Below are positions 1 through 11,339 of a stretch of 64,000 bases of DNA, piece by piece. The notes under the pieces are model-generated. The model saw nothing but the letters and a program-made list of their open reading frames with translations, did no database searches and was not told where the DNA came from. A program made the translations under genes and the position numbers. Source of the stretch: Octopus sinensis (lineage: Eukaryota); NCBI RefSeq assembly GCF_006345805.1, contig NC_043000.1, positions 149,110,001 to 149,174,000 on the forward strand. The letters run 5' to 3'. Every line of letters begins with the position of its first letter. Positions within the stretch are counted from its first letter, which is position 1.

Positions 1-97
1 TCGCTCATAAACACACACATCGCCCGGTCTGAGATTCGAACCCACGATCCTTCAACTGCGAGTCTGCTGCTCTAACCACTAGGGCATGTGTCTCCAC
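1..97 (-). mobile_element. tRNA-derived SINE head (family D), runs off the window edge
   Basis: Reverse complement reads GTGGAGACACATGCCCTAGTGGTTAGAGCAGCAGACTCGCAGTTGAAGGATCGTGGGTTCGAATCTCAGACCGGGCG, with A-box-like and B-box-like motifs. Homologous to 32392-32467 and 39265-39330. Confidence 0.8.
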
Positions 98-633
98 ATG
101 CTTCATGATAGGGGCCAAAATGTCAAGTTTGAGTGTTTCTTTGGGCTGAATTCCGACATAAACTCGCTCTGAATTGGGAAAAAAGTTGAATAATGAATCA
201 CCAGAGAAGACAACATTGTTCCACTGAGCCACCGATCTCTTATGACACCATTTTCTCTGTTCATCAGTGTCGATGGGGGACGGAAGATGTTTAGCAGTTG
301 TAACCATATTGTTGTATCCAGCTTTACAGAGCTCACAACCAATATTTTTGGTTGACTCGTGGTTGGCAAGGAAGTGGTTTAGTACTGCTGTCACTTTTGC
401 TGTCGTAGTTCGATGGTTTTTAGGCACTATAAGTTCTACTATTCTACGGCCCCGCTTTGCGAGCTTTACCTTCCGTCCAGAATTACGCTTACCGGAGCTG
501 GTTTTACTTTGTTTTTAGAATGCCAACATGTACATCCCAAAATATTAAGCAATTCATATATTTTCTTGACTGAAGTTCCATCCAACCACACTTCAACAAT
601 TTATCGTCTTTGGAAATCAGATAGGTCACGCAT
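98..633 (-). mobile_element. Degenerate Tc1-like transposase remnant (N-terminal half)
   Basis: Minus strand starts MRDLSDFQR at 633. ORF 5..427 reads RTTTAKVTAVLNH...WNNVVFSGDS...VKH, parallel to the transposase of the 7412-8678 element. Stops and frameshifts are present. Confidence 0.8.
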
Positions 634-904
634 TTTAACTTATTTCAATATAAATAACGGCCAAAAAGAGAGATAAAACCCCAGAGAGCTATATTTTGAA
701 ATACAAGTCATAAGGCATACAAACATATATATATATAGAGAGAGATAGACACTAGAATAGTTCTGAATTTGTCATATCGCCAATAGTAAAAACAATTAAA
801 TGTAAAGTGGTGCTTCCATTATTTTGACCAATCTCTGTATATGTATGTATTTATGTACCCATGTACCCATATGCCAATATACATACATACACACATACAT
901 ACAT

Positions 905-1456
905 GGTGGCTGCCCCCTCGTTATCGAATATGGCCATTGCACGAAGCTTAATCAATGTTGTTATCGTGCAATGCCTGTGCAAGAAGATTTTTTTAAAGTG
1001 AGGAAAAGCTGTGCACTGAGTCAATCCCACTCACTAAGCAACAGAAGCCATAATACGAAAAGAAGAACAAGTCAACATCATCGGTAACCACTGAGCCGCA
1101 GGTTTTATGTCGGAGTTATCCCAGTTTCCTGAGTTACCTTCTCCTAGAAGGATGCCCTAACAAAGTCTAGGAGTCCTTCACTCCCAATGGTTTAACCGCG
1201 CGATCGGGTATTCAGTCCGATTATTTCTATGTCCCCGCGCATGATACAGCCTTAAGACATTTATTGGATGGCCGTTGACTCTCAAGAGTTCCTCCGCCCT
1301 TTGACGAGTTTTGTTTTTCATCCCGCAGGGTGTCCAATAAACACCCTCCTCACCAAGCAAGCTTGGTGGGGTTGCCGGTTTAGTCGCCGACGACCCGACC
1401 ATGCAACAGGTTGTACTGGATTACATGTTACCAGTAGCACTCGAAAGTGACCTGAC
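905..1456 (-). mobile_element. Non-autonomous bipartite RTE-derived element (~550 bp), copy 1
   Basis: Inverted near-copy of 10081-10632. The 5' part matches the LINE leader at 4495-4680 and the 3' end matches the LINE terminus at ~9970-10010. Flanked on both sides by (ACAT)n. Confidence 0.8.
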
Positions 1457-1918
1457 ATACATACATACATATCTGTATATGTGTGTGTGTGTATTTATGT
1501 ATGTATAACTTCCTGAGATTTCACTTGTATTATCATTCTATATTTTCTCACAACTTGCAGTATTTTCCTCAGTGTTTTTTACCCCCCTCTCACTTTCCTA
1601 CGGCTTCTCATTCACAATACGATTGCACCTATATAGCATTCTCCCATGCTGCTACTAACTCACAATACTTAATACTGCACTCCCACACTTTCACACGCCT
1701 ACACACATCTCGAAAAACTACCCACACCCTAAACCACCACCACCACCAGCACCAGCACCATCACCACCACACATCCTATGCTTATCTCTGCACACGGATA
1801 CACTCCAGTATATGCACACACAACCCCACTAACTCCTCTTTTACTAACGCATCTCCACCTGACTCTTAAACGTTTTTCTTTCTTCCCGCTTTTTCTGTTT
1901 TCCCCATTCTTACTTTTC

Positions 1919-1963
1919 TGTCTTTTTTTCTGACGAAAGACTAGAGTCTGAAACGCCAAGACA
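1919..1963 (+). ncRNA. Decayed minimal type I hammerhead-ribozyme-like motif
   Basis: CTGACGA-A-AGAC(TAGA)GTCT-GAAA-CGCC-AAGACA. Upstream TGTCTT could pair with AAGACA as stem I. The U16.1 position is C, so this copy is probably inactive. Confidence 0.5.
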
Positions 1964-2050
1964 CTTTCCCTTCCTTTTAAGTGTTAGAATAAGCTAATCT
2001 TCGTAAAATCTAGTCCCTTTCATGTTGCCACTTTCCTTTTGCTCATTACC

Positions 2051-2051
<1 letters not shown>

Positions 2052-2082
<31 letters not shown>

Positions 2083-2106
2083 CACACACACACACACACA
2101 CACACA
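2052..2106. repeat. (CA)n microsatellite
   Basis: Direct reading of the sequence. Confidence 0.95.
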
Positions 2107-2124
2107 CTCATATATTTATGCTTT

Positions 2125-2860
2125 GACGTAGCTGTGTAGTAAGATGCTTGCTTCCCAACCACATATTTCCGGATTCAGTGCCACTCTGTGACACTTTGGT
2201 CTAGTGCCTTCTCCTATAGTCTCAGGCCAACCAAAGCCTTGTGAGTGGATTTGGTGGATGGAAACAGAGAGAAGCCCATATTAAAAATGAGGAAAGCCGG
2301 TTTATGGGATTACCTTAAGTTTCCCGTCTATAAAGGGTTTAGCTTTATGGCGTATCGTCAGATCCCAAAACCTGTAGGCCGAAGGCCTCCTGAAAGTACG
2401 GAGACGGAAGTGCCTCACTATTCAATTGTGAGGCATTTCTTTCTCCATATTCTTAAGAAGCCTTGCACCAACAGGTTTTAGGATCTGACAATATGCCATA
2501 AAGCTAACCCATTATAGACGGGAAACCTAAGGTAATTCTATAAACCGGCCCTCCCCATTTTTAATATACTGCTCTATATCTTAGAACGTGCTTCTTCTTT
2601 TGGATATATGTTTTTTACAGACGATATATATATATGTATATATATACATGTCTAAGTGCGTGTGTCCGTGTGTCCTTGTTTGTCCCTCATCACCGCTTGA
2701 CAACCGGTGTTGATGTGCTTACATCCTCGTAACCTAGCGGTTCGGCAAAAGAACCGCTGGAATAATTACTAGACTTTAAAAAAATAAGCTAATTTCTTCG
2801 ACAAAAATCCCTACAAGGCGGTGCTTTAGCATGGCCGCAATCTGATTGAAACAAGTAAAA
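2125..2860 (+). mobile_element. Old SINE family A copy split by a MITE
   Basis: Head 2125-2280 and tail ~2640-2860 match the family A copies at 48384-48790 and elsewhere. Interrupted at 2281-2564. Confidence 0.8.
2281..2564. mobile_element. MITE with ~95 bp terminal inverted repeats and TA target duplication
   Basis: TTAAAAATGAGGAAAGCCGGTTTATGGGATTACCTTAAGTTTCCCGTCTATAA... is mirrored by ...TTATAGACGGGAAACCTAAGGTAATTCTATAAACCGGCCCTCCCCATTTTTAA. TA on both sides (2279-80, 2565-66). Confidence 0.8.
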
Positions 2861-2957
2861 CGACCGAAACAAGCCGACGATGGCTTAACTGGATGAAACT
2901 TCGATGTCACTGTCAACAACATTCTTAAGAATAATAAATGCCGTATATATATATATA

Positions 2958-3166
2958 TAGTTAATCCAAACAAGAAAACGCAAAAAAAAAACACAACAAC
3001 GCGAGGACGTGGAACAAATATAGTATTATTGGACGCTCAGGAAAGAAGGAAAGAAGGAGGGTCCAACGTTTCGAGCGGAGCTCTTCGTCGGAAACATAGG
3101 AGAAGGAAAGATCCAGAGAAGAGAAGACAGAGGGGAAAAAATCGCCAACAGTACACACGAGGTCAC
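2958..3166 (-). mobile_element. Penelope-like pseudo-LTR fragment carrying a hammerhead-like core
   Basis: Minus strand reads TGTTT-CCGACGA-A-GAGC(TCC)GCTC-GAAA-CGT-T-GGAC (3061-3095) in a pyrimidine-rich context. Assignment to Penelope-like elements rests on the known association of minimal hammerheads with their pLTRs. Confidence 0.5.
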
Positions 3167-3196
3167 ATAGGCAATCTTTCGTTTTGAAAAGATTGC

Positions 3197-3198
3197 CT

Positions 3199-3231
<33 letters not shown>

Positions 3232-3237
3232 TATATG

Positions 3238-3268
<31 letters not shown>

Positions 3269-3318
3269 ATAATATATATATATATTATATATATATATAT
3301 ATATAATATATATATATG

Positions 3319-3394
<76 letters not shown>

Positions 3395-3413
3395 ATATAT
3401 ATATATATATATA

Positions 3414-3498
<85 letters not shown>

Positions 3499-3500
3499 TA
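3197..3500. repeat. Compound (TA)n/(ATGT)n microsatellite
   Basis: Direct reading; source of the spurious YI-repeat ORFs. Confidence 0.95.
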
Positions 3501-3657
3501 ATTTATGCCTTTGCATACACCAATGTACAGGCATACATGCGCGTGCCCATACATACTGCATTTATTGCTAACTATTCTTAAGCCCTTAATAGTAATAATA
3601 TTTTCAAACGATATCTGTCGGAATGTGTTCTTTCCAAAGCATTTACGATTCTATATA

Positions 3658-4051
3658 TCTTTATATATAAAACTAAAGTTGTGTGTCTATCTCCTACGAT
3701 TTAGATTCCTTACTCCCACATTTTGTGGTGCAGTTTAACCAAAACCGGGTATCTTATAGTCGTGATTCATATCGAGCCTTTCTGGGTATTAGCGCGCGTC
3801 TACGATGAGTCTACGATTTAACAAAAAATTTATCATCATTTTTTCCCATTTTAATGCATTTTTTCGCTATTATATAAGGGAAGTAACTCTCTAAAAATGT
3901 CTACGATGAGTCATCGATTAAAAAAAAATTTACCATAATTTTTTTTCCATTTTTAGTGCATTTTTTTGCTATTTTTTGGCTATAACTTTCTAAAAATGCT
4001 TATATAGTTATTTCCCTTGCAAACCCGAGCAACGCCGGGCGATACTGCTAG
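3658..4051 (+). mobile_element. Non-autonomous Helitron
   Basis: A|TC 5' end, CTAG|T 3' end, subterminal hairpin CCCG-AGCAACGC-CGGG, no target duplication. Near-copies at 49029, 56008 and 58700. Confidence 0.85.
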
Positions 4052-4494
4052 TTTATTATAAATTATTATATTTATTAATTTGCAGCGTGCCTCATCTTTC
4101 ATTGTTGGTCTTGACCTTCTAACATGTACATAAAAATTACTGAATCTGATTTGGTAGTTACACAGTTTGAATTTCTGGGAAATACAAGCGAACTATTTTC
4201 GTTAGTTTCACAATATATAAATTTCGCAGAAATTCTAACGGATAGTTTAGTGAATTGAACGGTGAGTAGAATTGTTCTAAAGTTTAACTGACAATGTATG
4301 TATGTATGTATGTATGTATAATTTAAGCATTTGCATGCACCTATGTACAGGCATACAAGCGCGTACCCATACATATATGCATTTATTGCTAACTATTTCT
4401 TAAGCTCTTAACAGTAATAATTTTCAAACGATATCTGTCGGAGTGTATTCTTTCCAAAGCATTTACGATCCTATATACTTATATACGATTCTAT

Positions 4495-7400
4495 GTCAGG
4501 TTGCTCTTATGTGCTACTGGTAACACGTAACCCAGGATCGGGTCGTTGGTGACTAAACCGGCAATTTCACCAAACTTACCTTTTGAGGAAGGTGACTGTT
4601 GAATACCTTGCAGGATAAAAAAAAAACAAGACTCGTCAAAGGGCGGAAGAACTTAGAAGAGTCAACGGCCATCCAATGAAATATGAAAAATTGTGAGTGT
4701 GTATTTTGTGTTGTGTCTGTGTGTGTGTGTATTCTTGTGTATATTTTTTAATGAATTTTTATGAATAATTTTACGTGTATTATGTGCATGGCAATTTTTT
4801 GTATATGTATATATTTTTTATATTTTTATTTGTATTATGTATATAAGTGTTTATATATTTTTTATCTTGTTCAGGATGTATGATGGTGTGTATTCATTAT
4901 TACTAACTTTGAGGCTGTTAATGTGTGTGTGTGTGTCGGTGTGAGTGCATGTAAAGCCCCTACGATGAGCGGATAGTAGTTCTTTAGTCTTGGATGACAA
5001 GCTATCTAGGAGAAGGATACTCCGGAATTAAATCTGCAGTCTCAGAGAGACTTTAAAAAGTTTCTGGCACAGGTATTGGTTGGGTAAATTTTGCTGAAGT
5101 TACACGAACTAAATGAATAGGGCTGGTCGTAGCCCGGAAAAAGGCTTAAATACAATTATGAGATCCATAAACTATAAAAATGTAAATGACAAAAAGGCCT
5201 TGGGATCCAGAGGTGAACAGGTCTGGCCCGGCAGGTGCCCCAGAGTATCGCAGCCTGGGCTCGGTCGTCATCCTGCCACTGCGTGTAGCAACAACAACAG
5301 AAAAGTTTCCATGAATATTGGATGCTGGAATGTAAGAACATTATTAGATTTAGAATCAAATAAAAGATACTCGGAGAGAAGGTCTGCTCTTATTGGTAAG
5401 AAGATTCAAAAGTATACAATGGACATTGTGGCATTATCTGAGACTAAATTTCTTGGGCAAATTAACTTTACTGAGAAACCCAGTGGCTACACATTTTAGT
5501 GGAGTGGGAAAGAAAATTGCAAAGAAAGAAAGTGGTGCTGCTTTTTGCTCTGAAAACCTCCTTGGTTGATAAGTTAGAGGAATTGCCATACAGTGTAAAT
5601 GATAGAATGATATTGCTGAGGTTGCTTTAAAAAAAAGGTCGGTATGTAACACTTGTTAGTGTTTATGCACCAACTATGAATGCAACTGATAATGAAAAGC
5701 TTTCCTTTTATGATGTACTGAAAGAAAATATCCGCAAAATTCCACACGAGTATAAAATTATGATACTGGGCGATTTTAATGCTAGAGTTGGTAAAGATCA
5801 TGAGACATGAGGTGTGATTGCAATACACGGAGTGGGAAATTGTAACAGCAATGGCTTACTTTTGTTACAGATGTGTTCTGAGCGGAATCTATTTATTATG
5901 AGCTCTGCTTTTCAGCAAAAAGAGAAGTTCAAAACTACATGGATGCACCCCGGTTCAAAACAATGGCAGCTGATAGACTATAATGATAACAAGAAACCGA
6001 GATAAGAGAGATTTCTGTATAGTGAGGGTCATGCTGGGAGCAGAATGTTGGACAGATCATCGTTTGGTTCGTGAGAAGATCAAGTTTGTAGTGAAGCCAA
6101 AAAGTAGACAAAGTGGCACTGGCATCCCTAAACGTCTGAATGTGAATCTCCTTAAGGATAAAACAGTTAGCGTAGAATTTCAGCAGAAAATCGAAAATTT
6201 GGATTGGGCAGATGAGTGGATGGACTTCAGGGGACAACTATACAATTTAAGTAAAGAAGTTTTAGGAGTAAAAAAGAAGAAAGATCAAGATTGGTTTGAT
6301 GAAAGTGATGGAAATATTAACATTTGTTGGAAGAAAAACGAAAGGCATTGCATTCATTACTAACAAATGGTTCTGACCAAAATAGAGCTTTTTTCAAAGA
6401 GATAAAAGCAGATGTACAAAGAAAGATTCGAAGCATTCAAGATATTTGGTGACGGAAGAAAGCAGAAGAGATAGAGGCTGCTTCCAATGTTAAGAACACT
6501 AAGTTGTTATATACCCTCCTTCCTGAGGTGTATGGGCCATCATGTCCTACTTTGGCTCATGTGAAGAATAGGAGCGGTGGAGGGAGCACAGAGACATCTT
6601 AAAAAGATGGGAGGAGCATTTCAATGAACTTCTGAATCGACTATCAGTTGTTGAGGAAAAACGTATTGATATGATTCCACAGAATGCACCCATTGAGTGC
6701 TTAGATGATACCTCGTCAGTAGAGGAAATAATAAAAGCAGTATCAAAGCTGAACAATAGCAAAGCATCGGGAGTTGATAGCCTGAATGTAGAACTATTTA
6801 AGTTTGTGGGGTACTACTTGCTAGAAATGCTGACAGCAGTAATACGGAAGATGTGGAAACATGAAGTTATGCCAAAAGACTGGAAGGATGCAGTCATGGA
6901 AGTTGTGTTCAAGGGAAAGGGACAAAAACGGATGAATGCAATAACTTTCGTGGTATTCATCGTGGCCGGCAAAGTTTTATCACGAATAATGTTGGACTGG
7001 CTGCAGATATATGTGGCTAATGAGATTATTCCTGAATCACAGAGTGGATTCAGAAATGGTAGGGGCACTGCTGACATGGTCTCTGCTCAGCAGTTACAGG
7101 AAAAGTGTGTGGAACAGCAAATAGAACTTTATATCAGGTATTCATTGATCTTACTAAGGCTTTTTACTCTGTCAGTCGAACTTCTTTGTGGGAAATTTTG
7201 AGGAAAATTTGATTCCCGGTAAAGTTTCTCACTATTCTGAAGCAGTTTCATGCTGGCATGGAAGTAAGGATGAACACTGGTGGAAAGCTCTCTGAGCCTG
7301 TCTCTTTATGAATGGGGTAAAACAAGGTGATATACTAGCGTCCACTCCCTTCGTCCTCTATTTTACTATAGTTTTTCAATTGGCTTTCAAAGGCTCCTAT

Positions 7401-10009
7401 GAAGGCATATACAGGGGCTGGACAAAATAATGGAAACACCCTAAAATTTCAAACAAATTTATTTTAATATGGGGTTGGACCGCCTTTGGCAGTAAATACA
7501 GCTTGAATTCTACGAGGTATGGTGCAAAATTTGAATTGTTTCTAAAGGAATTTTTATCCATTCTTCAGCTAAAACAGTCTCCAGTTCTTGTAGTGATGAT
7601 GGTGGGAGATATCGACTCCTTACTTGTTTTTCTAAAATGCACCATAAATATTCAATAATATTGAGATCTGGGGACTGTGGTGGCCAGATAAGATGTTCAA
7701 CTTCACTAGAATGTTCCTTGTGCCGTTCAGTAACAACTTTAGCTGTGTGAATTGGTGCATTATCATACTGAAAGATTGCGTTTCCCTCCGGAAACAGTTC
7801 CGCAACCACAGGATGAATTTGATCAGATAAAATGCTTAAATAGTCTTGATTATTAATTCTGCCACGAAGGGAAACCATTGGGTCAGCGGATTTCCAAGAT
7901 ATAGCTCCCCACCCCAGATCATCACAGATCTTCCTCCATGTTTAACAGTTGGAAGAAGGCAGTCTGGGTCAAATGCTTCTTTTAGCTGCCTCCACACGTA
8001 TACTCGGCCGGTGGTCGGAAATAAAGTAAAGGATGACTCGTCCGAGAAAATAACATTCTTTCTCTGCTCTAGGGACCAATTCTGTAGGTTTTTACTCCAC
8101 TCTAGATGCTTTGCAACGTTTGTTTTTGAAAGCAGTAGTTGTCTGATTGCAGCCCTTCTGTGAAATCCGGCTTTGTGCAGCTCTCGGCGAACAGTTTTTG
8201 TGGAAACTGGGTTCTCGAGGTGATCATTAAGCTTGCAGTAATTTGGGGAGCTATACTTATGTGATCCTTTCTAACAATTCGTGTAAGAGTCCGACGGTCC
8301 GTATCTGAAAGTCTTAGTTTTCTTCCGGAATTTTGTTTCGACGAGGAGGTTTTTCCCTCTTTCTCAAAGGCTGTATTTTACTTTCGAGACAGTACTTCTT
8401 TATACAATAAAACATTTCGGCTGTTTTCGTTACGCTAGCGCCTGCCATACGAGCACCAACATTTTGACCTCTTTGAAAGTCCGATAGATCTGTCATTTTA
8501 ATGAATTTTAATTACTTTTTTCTGATTATATCTGAAAAGAAACAGTAATTTTAGCAAAACATATGAAGCAACACTAATAATAAATCCCCAAAACATAAAA
8601 ATAGACAAGCTTTTGACGGTTTTATAGATATTTCAAAATTATGATGCTAGGTGTTTCCATTATTTTGTCCAACCCCTGTATATCAGATATCGTACAACAG
8701 GAAAAATTTCTCACATCAGAAGTCTGCCAGCTAAGTCAAGGACGTCCTCAGTTCTTATTAGAGGGCTCGTCTATGCAGATGATTGTGATATTGTCACTCA
8801 TACTGAGGAGGACATGCAAAATCTTATGAATGCAATTTCAATGGCTTATGAGGCACTTGGCTTAACCATAAATCTAACCAAAACTGTTGTCCTGTTTCAG
8901 CCAGCAGCAGTAGAAATGCTATACATAGAACCTGGTATCTTCGTGAATGGGACAAAAATTGCTGTGGTTTCTAAGTTTATTTGCTTGGGTAGCACACTAA
9001 ACACATCAGCGAATCTTGATGATGAAGTGTCACTACGCATTCAGAAAACCAGTCTTGCTTTTGGCAAACTGGAAGATCACCTATGGTGTAGACATGGTAT
9101 TTCCACTGCGACAAAGATTAGGGTATACATGTATCTTATCCTCTTTATTGTATGCTTGCGAAACCGGGACTGTGTATCGTAAGCACTTAAAATTTATGGA
9201 ATGTTTTCATCAACAATGTCTCGGAAGGATTTTGAGGATCAGCTGGAAAATGTTTGACTGATGATGAGGTGCTTGAAAGAGGGAGATGCTTCAGTACTGA
9301 AGCTTTGCTATTGCAGCACAAATTGAGATGGAGTGGACACTTAGAATGACAGGCAACAGAATGCCTAAATAACATTTTACGGAGAATTGGTGACAGGTAA
9401 GCGTTCGTGCCATAAACCAGAGATGAGGAACTAGGATTGCCTGAAGTAGGGATTGAATAAGATAAATGTTCCAATTGACAACAGGGAAGATTTAACGCAT
9501 TGCCAAAAAAAAAAAAAATGGAAAAAAGTTGTGTATGAAGGCAAAAATGAATTTGAAAGGATGAAGATGGAGCATGCAAAGATGGAGCATGCAAAGATGG
9601 AAAGAATGATGAGAAAAACTGACAGGAATGATGTTCTAACAAGCATTAATGAACGTGATGATCTTAAAAGGGATGAATGTGGAAAGATTTGTCTTAGTAA
9701 GGCTGCGCTAAAGAACCATATGAAATCACACATTGCACAACCGCACATTGATTATAGATGGACAGACGATTTCGAATGCATACTCCCTCATAAAGTATGC
9801 AGATCAAAAAGTGGCTCGAAAAGGCACAGTAAAGTTCATGGAGGTGTAAACTAATACGATCACCAAGTCTTCCTGTACTAATTGTCAAAAAGCATGCAAG
9901 CCTTTGGCAGGCCTCAAAAACCATATTCGTGCAGTTCACCAATGATATTCCCAGGGCATAAAGAAATCAGGCAATGGCTTTACTCGAAATGAAGTTGGCA
10001 ACCATCATT
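4495..10009 (+). mobile_element. Near full-length, decayed RTE-clade (BovB-like) LINE: APE endonuclease, reverse transcriptase and C-terminal zinc fingers
   Basis: MNIGCWNVRTLLD...DIVALSETKF (APE), IPESQSGFRNGRGTADMV and YADD (RT) occur in shifting frames with many stops. Interrupted by a Tc1 element at 7412-8678. Ends in an (ATGT)n tail. Confidence 0.9.
7412..8678 (-). mobile_element. Complete-length Tc1/mariner transposon with DD36E spacing, frameshifted transposase
   Basis: 29 bp TIRs (CAGGGGCTGGACAAAATAATGGAAACACC and its inverted copy, 1 mismatch) and TA target duplication. ORF pieces MTDLSDFQRGQ..., FSDES and YDNAPIH...SPDLNIIE; 36 residues lie between the second D and the E. Confidence 0.92.
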
Positions 10010-10080
10010 TATGTATGTATGTATGTATGTATGTATGTATGTATGTATGTATGTATGTATGTATGTATGTATGTATGTAT
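10010..10080. repeat. (ATGT)n microsatellite (LINE tail and insertion target)
   Basis: Direct reading. Confidence 0.95.
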
Positions 10081-10632
10081 GTCAGGTCACTTTCAAGTGC
10101 TACTGGTAACATGTAACCCAGTACAACCTGTTGCATGGTCGGGTCGCCGGTGACTAAACCGGCAACCCCACCAAGCTTGCTTGGTGAGGAGGGTGTTTAT
10201 TGGACACCCTGCAGGATGAAAAATAAAACCCATCAAAGGCGGAGGATCTTTTGAGAGTCAATGGCCATCCAATAAATGTCTTATGGCTGTATCATGCGCG
10301 GGGACATAGAAATAATCGGACTGAATACCCAATCGCGCGGTTAAACCATTGGGAGTGAAGGACTTCTAGCCTTTGTCAGGGCATCCTTCTAGGAGAAGGT
10401 AACTCAGGTAACTGAGATAACTTCGACATAAAACCTGCGGCTCAGTGGTTACCGATGATGTTGACTTGTTCTTCTTTTCGTATTATGGCTGCTGTTGCTT
10501 AGTGAGTGAGATTGACTCAGTGCACAGCCTTTCTTCACTTAAAAAAAAATCTTCTTGCACAGGCATTGCACGATAACAACATTGATTAAGCTTCGTGCAA
10601 TGGCCATACTTGATAACGTGGGGGCAGCCACC
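10081..10632 (+). mobile_element. Non-autonomous bipartite RTE-derived element, copy 2
   Basis: Starts GTCAGGTCAC like the LINE leader at 4495, ends GGCAGCCACC+(ATGT)n like the LINE 3' end, and has no ORF. Confidence 0.8.
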
Positions 10633-11339
10633 ATGTATGTACGTATGTAAGCGCGTGTGTGTTTGTGGTCTGTGTGTGTGTGTGCGCGAGTGTGTGCGTG
10701 CGTGAGTGGATGGGTGCGTGGGTGCGCGCGCGTGCATGTGTGTAAAGAGCGTGTATTCTGTTCAATTGATAAAAATTTTCTAATAATTAGTAAAGAACAA
10801 AGTGTCATTAAAGTTAGCATCATTATCGTTGTCAATACCATTAATGCTACCATCATTATCATTCATAATATTGTATTTATGTCATAAGGAAAATTACTAA
10901 ATGGAACCCGGACATACATATGTGCCACTTTGGATCCTAACGTAAGCGATATTAATAATATTATGAATGATAATGATGGTAGCATTAATGGTATTGACAA
11001 CGATAATGATGCTAACTTTAATGACACTTTGGAAATTAGTAGGAAGTAATATAATGTACTATTGACTATGTATATTTGCATCTAGGTACTAATATGTGTA
11101 TGTTTATTATCACAATGTTAAGTTGTAAAACTGAAACATTGTATGTGGAACATATATATGTTTACTAATTTATATTATTTATTTACATTATTATGTATAT
11201 GTATATTTTTATATGTATAGGAGTGTGAGTATTTGCACTCATATGTATATGTATATCTCCGAAGAGATAATATAGTTCTATACTTGTTATGAATTGAGTC
11301 CTATAAGGGGAATTTTAAATTATGTTACCAGCGTCATTG

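Noticed and set aside
3163-3581. Long YI/HT/CV-repeat ORFs (also 14359-15132 and 46600-46881)
   Set aside because: Translations of microsatellites that lack stop codons; no splice or domain evidence.
10081-10180. HDV-like or twister ribozyme fold in the RTE leader
   Set aside because: A P1-like pairing (CAGGT/ACCTG) exists, but I could not place the conserved L3 and J4/2 residues or a P2 partner by eye. Kept only as a structured leader pending a computational search.
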